Below, piece by piece: positions 56,829 to 64,000 of a stretch of DNA of 64,000 nt (position 1 is the first letter of the stretch; each line of letters opens with the position of its first letter). Below the pieces are notes generated by a model. That model was not told the DNA's origin. It searched no databases and saw nothing but the letters and a program-made list of their open reading frames with translations. The stretch spans positions 179,302 through 243,301 of the forward strand of contig JAYPQH010000032.1 in NCBI GenBank assembly GCA_038131935.1, written 5' to 3'. A program made the position numbers and the translations under genes. The stretch comes from Alphaproteobacteria bacterium (GTDB taxonomy: Bacteria > Pseudomonadota > Alphaproteobacteria > UBA8317).

Positions 56829-57533
56829 TTATTCAATAGTCGCGTTATGCCCAGCCTTAAAGCCTAAAGCAACAACATAGAGTTCTACACTTTGTTTGCG
56901 GCTTGCTTTTGGTTTCACATGCCGGACAACATCAAAAGTTGTTTTCAGCTGCTGCATTAAGTCCTGCGATGCACCACCTTGAAATACTTTTGCCAAAAAA
57001 ACCCCATTTGGTTTCAAAACTTTTTCAGCAAATGACAACGCACATTCGCACAAATGCATGGTGCGCAGATGATCTGTTTGCTTATGTCCTGTGGTTGCAG
57101 CGGCCATATCTGAAAGGACAACGTCAACCTTACTACCCAAATGCGCAATTAATACGTCTTCAGCATCATCATCGAGAAAGTCCATAACCAAACTTTCGCA
57201 GCCTGGAATATGTTCAATCTCTAACAAATCGATGCCCAAAACTTTTCCAACACCATGAACGCTTCCAACTTTTTGCGCTGCCACTTGCATCCAACCACCA
57301 GGTGCTGCACCCAAATCTATAACCGTCATACCTTCCTTCAAGAATCGAAATTTTTCATCGAGTTCCAAAAGTTTGAAAGCAGCCCTTGACTTGTAACCAA
57401 GTTTTTTTGCTTCCCTGACATACGGATCATTAAGCTGTCTCTCAAGCCAACGGGTTGATGAAAGCTTACGCCCCCTTGCTGTTTTCACGCGCACTTTTAG
57501 GTCATTTCGGGCTTGTCCCTCTTTCCGGCTCAT
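56829..57533 (-). CDS. rlmE: 23S rRNA Um2552 methyltransferase
   Basis: WLERQLNDPY, YKSRAAFKL, DLGAAPGGW, SDMAA, KPKASR. Confidence 0.95.
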   Translation of the reverse strand: MSRKEGQARNDLKVRVKTARGRKLSSTRWLERQLNDPYVREAKKLGYKSRAAFKLLELDEKFRFLKEGMTVIDLGAAPGGWMQVAAQKVGSVHGVGKVLGIDLLEIEHIPGCESLVMDFLDDDAEDVLIAHLGSKVDVVLSDMAAATTGHKQTDHLRTMHLCECALSFAEKVLKPNGVFLAKVFQGGASQDLMQQLKTTFDVVRHVKPKASRKQSVELYVVALGFKAGHNATIE

Positions 57534-58555
57534 TGATTCCCCATTGTGGTAAATATCTCTTGCAACATACCTTCACGCAAACCACGATCAGCAACACGCA
57601 CACGTGTCCCCCGAAACCTTTCAACAATAGCAGCGATAATGGCACAACCTGGCACAAGCAAATCCGCTCTATCGCTGCCAACAGAAGGGATCATCTTGCG
57701 CGCTTCATTATCCATGGAAAATATTTCATGTGTCAGACGATGTAAAATGTTTGCACCTATCCAAGTGCCATCAACACGAGCGCGGATATAACGTTCCAAA
57801 CCCAAATGCATACCAGTTAATGTTGTAACTGTACCAGATGTGCCGAGCAGGTGGACACGATTGGTATGCAACAGTAGCGGATCCAACTGACAGCGATCTA
57901 AAAAAGGCCCCATAAGCATACGGCAATGGGACAGCATTTCTTGAGCCATATGTTCATTTGCGGTGCCATCGGGTGCAAATTGGTCCATTAAGGAAACCAC
58001 GCCTATTGGCAAAGAAACCCAGTCTATTATGGCAGCATCAAAACCATCACTCGCTACCCTGCCAGGATCAATCCAAACAAGTTCCGTACTACCCCCGCCA
58101 ATATCAAACAAAAGCGTACGGTCTAAATCCATTCGGATAAGGTTTGCACAGCCCCGAACCGCCAAAAGCATTTCTTCTCTGGCATCAATAATCTTTAATG
58201 GCACATTAAATTCTGATGCTAACGAATCGACAAAATGTGAACCGTTTGTTGCACTCCTGCATGCCTCTGTAGCGACAGCACGCACCACAGAAACGTTATG
58301 CCGACGAACTTTTTCCGCACAAATTGCCATAGCAGAACGCGCCCGTTGCATAGCCGCGGGATTGATCTCACCACAGCTATACAAGCCTTCACCCAAACGA
58401 ATGACGCGAGAAAAAGCATCAATAATTCTATAACCCGAACCCCTTTTCTGAGCTACCAACAACCGACAGTTGTTGGTGCCTAAATCGAGTGCCGCAACAA
58501 GAGGTGCATGCCCCTGGGTCTCATAATTGCGGCCTTTACGGTGCGAACGCCCCAC
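57530..58555 (-). CDS. Ppx/GppA phosphatase family protein
   Basis: LDLGTNNCRL, RLGEG, ATEACR, DIGGGSTE, GLREG. Confidence 0.92.
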   Translation of the reverse strand: MGRSHRKGRNYETQGHAPLVAALDLGTNNCRLLVAQKRGSGYRIIDAFSRVIRLGEGLYSCGEINPAAMQRARSAMAICAEKVRRHNVSVVRAVATEACRSATNGSHFVDSLASEFNVPLKIIDAREEMLLAVRGCANLIRMDLDRTLLFDIGGGSTELVWIDPGRVASDGFDAAIIDWVSLPIGVVSLMDQFAPDGTANEHMAQEMLSHCRMLMGPFLDRCQLDPLLLHTNRVHLLGTSGTVTTLTGMHLGLERYIRARVDGTWIGANILHRLTHEIFSMDNEARKMIPSVGSDRADLLVPGCAIIAAIVERFRGTRVRVADRGLREGMLQEIFTTMGNQ

Positions 58556-58603
58556 AGCCTATGGTCCTCCTCATGAACCAAACCATCTACGCATGTCGCG
58601 ACA

Positions 58604-60128
58604 TTAACGATTTGGCACACTAAACTTTTGTCCAGGGAATATCAGATTTGGATCATTAATGCGATCCCTGTTTGCATCAAAAATGAGTGTATAGAATATT
58701 CCTTGTCCATAAAAGCGCCGTGCTAATCTCCATAATGAGTTACCAGCCTGGACCACCAACAAATAGGTTCCTTGTTCTTCGTTACCAATCTCAAAACCTA
58801 TCGTTTTCATGCCTGCACAGGGCTCGGAACAGTTAATTTCAAGTTGATGTTGCCCCTTGCTGAGTTCAGACGCCCTTAGCTTAGCTCGCCAATCACCTTC
58901 TGGGGAGCGACTGATTATAACCTCAGTCGGGTTCCCATTCAGTGAAATCACCACATCGCCGCCCCCGCTACCTAATAGCTCAATTGCCTCATCTGAAAGA
59001 GCCAATGCATGCACCTCAAGCTCGCCTTCATTTTTTATACCTTTGATGGTTTGTGTGCCATCCTGGTCATTGGCAATGACCCGTTCAACGCCATCACCAT
59101 TGATACCTGTTTTGATAAAAATCTCTGCCCTACCGCCGGTTTCATCAGCTAAGGTGATGAGAAAAGGCCCATCACTGAGCAGAAGCTGGTTTTGATACAA
59201 AAATGCCCCATCGTCATTTGCAATAATCTCTTCGGGATCAGAACCATTTATACTCAAAAACATTCGCGCCAAATCCCAAGACTTACCAGCTATGATTAAG
59301 CTTCCATCTTTTCCTACACGAACAATATCTATGGTCACGGGACCAGCGCCATCTCCAACAAGGTTGCGAACGGTTATAGATGATTTTTTTTCTAGCGAAG
59401 AGGTTGCCTCCAGATCAGATGAGGAATTGTTCTTCAGTTTATCTATGACCTTCTGTTTTTGTGCTGGGAGAAATCACGTTTGGAAGTGCCGCCTGCAATT
59501 GATTTTCCACAAACCTACCCTTGGCACCTTCATGCTCTGCTGAGCGTGCGTCTTGGGCAGGATCATTGGCGACATTTTTTCCCTGTTCTTTGTTGATTAT
59601 TTCTATCCGAGGTATGGGGGGAGATGATAAGACTATCGGTTTTTCAATATCTGCTGAAACTGATTTGTCGCCAGACGTCAGGTTTGAATTCGCAGCTGTT
59701 TGTGGAATCTCTTGATTGTTTGCACCACTGGAAACCTTTGCAGACGGTTGGTCACTAGATACCGATTTGCGGTCGTTGTTGTTTTTTTCTGGGTTGACTG
59801 CATTAGGATCTTCTTGGGTTTGTTCACCAGCCACAAGACCTTTTTGGTCGAGATTTTCCAAGGTTTGCTCAACCAGTGGCTTGGAGCCTTTACCATTTTG
59901 AGCATCTTGATTATCTTTTCCAGGTTCCTCAACGGTTATGTTTCTAACATTTTTCTTCTTGGCCTCAGTGATAACTTCATCACGCGTCTGTGCCAAATTT
60001 TGGACCTGGTCTGTTTTCAAAATGGCATCTTCAGGAGGCGCTATATTTGTATCATAATAATAATAAAGTATAGCGGCCAAAAAAAGAACCAACAATAAAT
60101 AAGTAACACGTAATGTTCGACCGTGCAT
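58604..60128 (-). CDS. Membrane-anchored LysM peptidoglycan-binding protein (frameshift near 59440)
   Basis: N-terminal TM helix, long polar linker, IDIVRV..DGSLIIAG, C-terminal VQAGNSLWRLARRFYG...IFDANRDRINDPNLIFPGQ. Confidence 0.85.
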
Positions 60129-60133
60129 TCACC

Positions 60134-61738
60134 TCAACCTTTAGACTTTGCCAGTTCCCGATACAATTTATAGTTAACAGCATCAAGCAATGCTTGAAAT
60201 GATGCATCAACAATATTGGCGGAAACCCCAACAGTAGTCCAGCCCTCTCCCGATTGGTCAATACAATCTATAAGAACACGTGTTACGGCACTGGTACCAC
60301 CATCTAAAATACGCACTTTAAAATCCACCAAATCCAAATCCTTGATAAGATCAGAATAGTGCCCAAGATCCTTACGCAATGCCATATCTAATGCGTGCAC
60401 GGGACCATTGCCTTCCCCAACAGACAATACACGCTCATCGCCTACCAACAATTTAACGGTAGCTTCAGATATACTTACCAATACGCCCATCGCATTATAA
60501 CGACGTTCGACTTGCACCCGAAAACTTTCAACCTGGAAATATTCGGGCATTAAACCTAATTCTTTTAAAGCTAGTACTGCAAATGATGCGTCTGCAAGGT
60601 CATAGGCAAAACCTTTATGCTCCCGCTCTTTTACAATTTCCAACAACCTGGTGATGCGCTGTTCATGACCAGTGCTATCAATTCCGGCGGCAGACAAACG
60701 TGCCAAAACATTTGCCCGTCCAGCTTGATCAGACATTGGAATGATGCGCTCATTGCCTACAGACGCTGGGTCAACATGTTCATATGTTGAAGGGTCCTTC
60801 TGGACGGCAGATACATGCAAACCACCTTTATGTGCAAATGCTGAGCGTCCAACATAAGGCTGATGGGGATTTGGTACCCTGTTAATCAAATCATCAAAAC
60901 GCCTCGCGAGTGACGTCAAGCCATGCAAATTGCCTGACAAGGCACCCACATCATAGGAATCTTTATACGGTTTCTTTAATACCAATGATGGAATAATCGA
61001 ACATAGATTCGCGTTACCACAACGCTCTCCTAACCCATTGAGTGTTCCCTGAATTTGTCGCGCACCAGCGGCAATCGCGGCGAGGGAATTGGCAACAGCA
61101 CATTCTGTATCATTATGAGCATGAAAACCAACCTTTTCACCGCCAGCATGTTTACACACTTCATAGACGGTCTCATACACATCACCTGGTAGCGTACCAC
61201 CGTTGGTATCACACAGAACAACCCAATCTACCCCAGACTCTAAGGCAACATCCAAACAGCGCAAAGCATAATCACGGTTGGCACGAAATCCATCAAAGAA
61301 ATGTTCGGCATCGAACATGGTGCGTTTGCCAACGTCGCGTGCGTACGAAAATGAGTCTTTAATAGACTCAATATTCTCTGACAGGTCGGCTTCGAGGGCC
61401 ACTGTAACCTGATAATCCCAGCTTTTTCCAACAAGACATATGGTAGGCGCTGCAGATTGAACAACAGCTTGAAAACCAGGATCATTATCAGCTGAACGCC
61501 CTATTCTTCTCGTCATGCCAAACGCTACAATATTATCATGATGGCTTGGTAAACTATTAAAAACCTCAGTATCTGTTGGATTAGCCCCTGGGAAACCAGC
61601 TTCAATAAAGTCAAGTCCTAGTTTTTGTAACTCTTCAATTACCCATAATTTATCTGCAACTGAGAAATCCACACCATGTGTTTGGGCGCCATCGCGCAAT
61701 GTGGTGTCAAAAATATAAAGTCGTTGTTTTTCTCTCAT
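60134..61738 (-). CDS. cimA: Citramalate synthase
   Basis: FDTTLRDGAQ, FDAEHFFDG, HAHND, GERCGNAN, AFAHKGGLH, EGNGPV. Confidence 0.93.
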   Translation of the reverse strand: MREKQRLYIFDTTLRDGAQTHGVDFSVADKLWVIEELQKLGLDFIEAGFPGANPTDTEVFNSLPSHHDNIVAFGMTRRIGRSADNDPGFQAVVQSAAPTICLVGKSWDYQVTVALEADLSENIESIKDSFSYARDVGKRTMFDAEHFFDGFRANRDYALRCLDVALESGVDWVVLCDTNGGTLPGDVYETVYEVCKHAGGEKVGFHAHNDTECAVANSLAAIAAGARQIQGTLNGLGERCGNANLCSIIPSLVLKKPYKDSYDVGALSGNLHGLTSLARRFDDLINRVPNPHQPYVGRSAFAHKGGLHVSAVQKDPSTYEHVDPASVGNERIIPMSDQAGRANVLARLSAAGIDSTGHEQRITRLLEIVKEREHKGFAYDLADASFAVLALKELGLMPEYFQVESFRVQVERRYNAMGVLVSISEATVKLLVGDERVLSVGEGNGPVHALDMALRKDLGHYSDLIKDLDLVDFKVRILDGGTSAVTRVLIDCIDQSGEGWTTVGVSANIVDASFQALLDAVNYKLYRELAKSKG

Positions 61739-63054
61739 CAGTTATATTCCCAGTTTGTGCCATCAGGGCCGTCTTTGATCGTAACACCCATCTTTGTGAG
61801 TTGATCACGCAAGGAATCTGCAGCCGCAAAATCTTTGTTTTTGCGGGCAGTATTTCGCTGCTTGATCATGTCTTCAACCAACTCTTTGCTAGGACGATCA
61901 TTTGTCTGTAATGCATCTACATCCGCATCCATAAAGCCCAGCAATTCAAGGCCAAATCGCAGATAAGACCATTCTTGCAAGCGAGCGCGTCGATGCAAAA
62001 TTGTTATAGCGGCGGGGGTATTAAGATCATCTTCCAATGCAGAAACAAGTTCGCAATCAATGGCCGTGTCATGACCTTCAATCGCACGGAACCATTTTTT
62101 ATAATCAACGAACATTCTTCCGTCCGTGATTGCTGCCAGTCCAGAGGCTGCCGATAATGCGTCATCAGCATTTGAAGCCTTAACGCACGCCCTGCATGTG
62201 CCTCACGCAAAGCGCGTATCGTCAGAAAATTCCCAGCTGATTTGGACATTTTTTGCCCATCGACCGTTACAAAACCATTATGCAGCCATGTGCTCGCTAA
62301 AGTGGTATCTCCGCGCGCACAACATGATTGGGCAATTTCATTTTCATGATGAGGAAACAACAAATCCAGACCCCCCGCATGGATATCAATCGATCCATGC
62401 AAACATGCCTCGATCATCGCAGAGCATTCTATATGCCAACCTGGTCGACCCCGACCAAATGGACTATCCCAACCTGGTTCGTTCTCGGCTGATGGTTTCC
62501 ATAGAACAAAATCTAAATTGTGCCTTTGTAATCAGCCACTTAATGCGGATACCTGCCATCATTTGATCAAGGTTCCGGCCTGATAATTGGCCGTATTCTG
62601 GGTATGATGTTACGTCGAATAGAACATGTCCATCTGCTACATAGGCATGTTCTTTTGTAACCAAACGACAAATCATATCAATCATTTCGGCAATATAATC
62701 TGTTGCGCAAGGCTGCATTGTAGGCTGCAAACAGCCCAACCCCTTTGTATCCTCTTGATAGGCCTGCGCTGTCATTTCCGTAAGATTTTTTATAGACAAT
62801 TTGTCCCGTTGTGATCGGGCAATGATTTTGTCATCCACATCCGTCAGGTTCCTTACATAAACAACATGACCTGAACCATATGTATAACGTAACAAACGAT
62901 ACAAAATATCGAACGTGATTGCTGGTCTTGCATTGCCAATATGAGCAAAATCATAAACCGTAGGCCCACAAGCATACATTTTAACGGCGTCTGGATTGGC
63001 AGGAACAAATACTTCCATATTCCGTGAAAGACTATTGTATAAGGAGATAGACAT
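61738..63054 (-). CDS. cysS: Cysteine--tRNA ligase (several frameshifts)
   Basis: [39 protein letters not shown] across ORFs 62464-63054, 62004-62417 and 61738-62115. Confidence 0.95.
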
Positions 63055-64000
63055 CAGGCTTTCTCAAAACGTTTCAAAACCAAATCCCGGTCAAGTAAGG
63101 GCAATAGCATTGCCATTTCGGGACCACGACTTTGTCCAGTCAACGCTTGTCGCAAAGGCATAAACAAGGATTTACCACTCAAACCCGTTTTGCTCTTTAT
63201 CAGCCCTGTCCATGTCGCCCAAGTCTGTTCATCAAAAGGCCCTTCTGGTAGCAAATCAATGGCAGCTTGACGAAGATTTTCATCTAAGATGACCGTGTCA
63301 CGTTCTCCATAGAAATAGGACAACCATGCTTCAACATCTTTTAAAAAAGTCACATTATCTCTAATGATAGGCCAAACTTGCATCTTAGGGTCATTAGCAA
63401 CCGTTCGGCAACAGAGTCAAAAGGTGTTGTCGAAAGAATTTTTCCATTGATCGCATCGAGTTCCGAAACAAATAACCGTGCCGGCGCTTTTGAAAGTCGA
63501 GATAAAGAAAAACCTTCTGTCAGCCCTATTGGATCTTGAGATATCTCCACTGGTTCACCATGCCCCAATTGGGCCAAATAGGTAAGCAATGCTCCTGGTT
63601 CATAACCATCTGCACGAAGATTTTGGATAGAAAGACCTCCAAGTCTTTTTGATAAAGGACCTCCATGTTCATCAACGAGCATTGAATGGTGCGCGAAAGA
63701 TGGAGCTTCTGCTTGAAGTGCTCGAAAAATCTCAATTTGCACCGCTGAGTTTGAAACATGATCATCGCCGCGGATAATATGGGTAATACCGAAGTCCACG
63801 TCATCGACAACAGATGACAATGTATAGAGATACGAACCATCAGCCCTTATCAACACAGGATCCGATAAAGAACCAAAGTCAACGTGACATCACCTCTAAT
63901 GAGATCATGAAAGGCCTTGGCTTCATTACTCAGTAGAAAACGCCAGTGCGGTTTGCGCTCGCGCTCATACATATCACGTTGCTCTTGGAGCAATACGCAG
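63054..64000 (-). CDS. gltX: Glutamate--tRNA ligase, 3' part (frameshift near 63385)
   Basis: RADGSYLYTLSSVVDD, THIIRGDDH, LSKR, LFMPLRQALTG..GPEM. Confidence 0.92.

Noticed and set aside
2560-63390. Widespread split genes as pseudogenes, phase variation or programmed frameshifting
   Set aside because: Breaks are mostly single-base losses in short homopolymers, hit essential cysS and gltX, and in the tandem repeat are visible as one missing G relative to sister copies. Long-read consensus error is the simplest explanation.

Overview
64 kb of an alphaproteobacterial chromosome, roughly 43% GC by eye and probably marine. About 20 genes, including essential cysS and gltX, are split by single-base indels, mostly in homopolymer runs. 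These look like long-read errors, so split ORFs are merged below. 1-25 kb is an organic-acid/acyl-CoA catabolic region: ThDP enzyme, TAXI-TRAP, IclR, GGT-family amidohydrolase, lone CoA-transferase alpha subunit, aspartate-dehydrogenase homolog, TctCBA, a divergent stand-alone SucA-like E1 overlapping an RraA/HMG-aldolase gene, DctPQM, MFS, two acyl-CoA dehydrogenases and two CaiB transferases. 25-37 kb holds mixed metabolic genes (FNR, purU, betaine-type ABC, FMN glutamate-synthase family, coq7, tartrate dehydrogenase, a BciA-type 8-vinyl reductase). 37-50 kb is one ~4,190-aa cadherin/RTX-like surface protein with a 1005-bp tandem triplication. 50-64 kb is mostly core genes (guaA, guaB, rlmE, ppx, cimA, cysS, gltX). 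Most notable: three unrelated solute-binding proteins are all predicted to mature to N-terminal Gly-Gly-His, the prototype ATCUN Cu/Ni-binding motif; the orphan, active-site-remodelled SucA paralog coupled to an aldolase; an isolated bciA-like gene; and the hybrid architecture of the giant adhesin. No rRNA, tRNA, CRISPR or mobile element was recognised. All calls come from motif recognition, not database searches.
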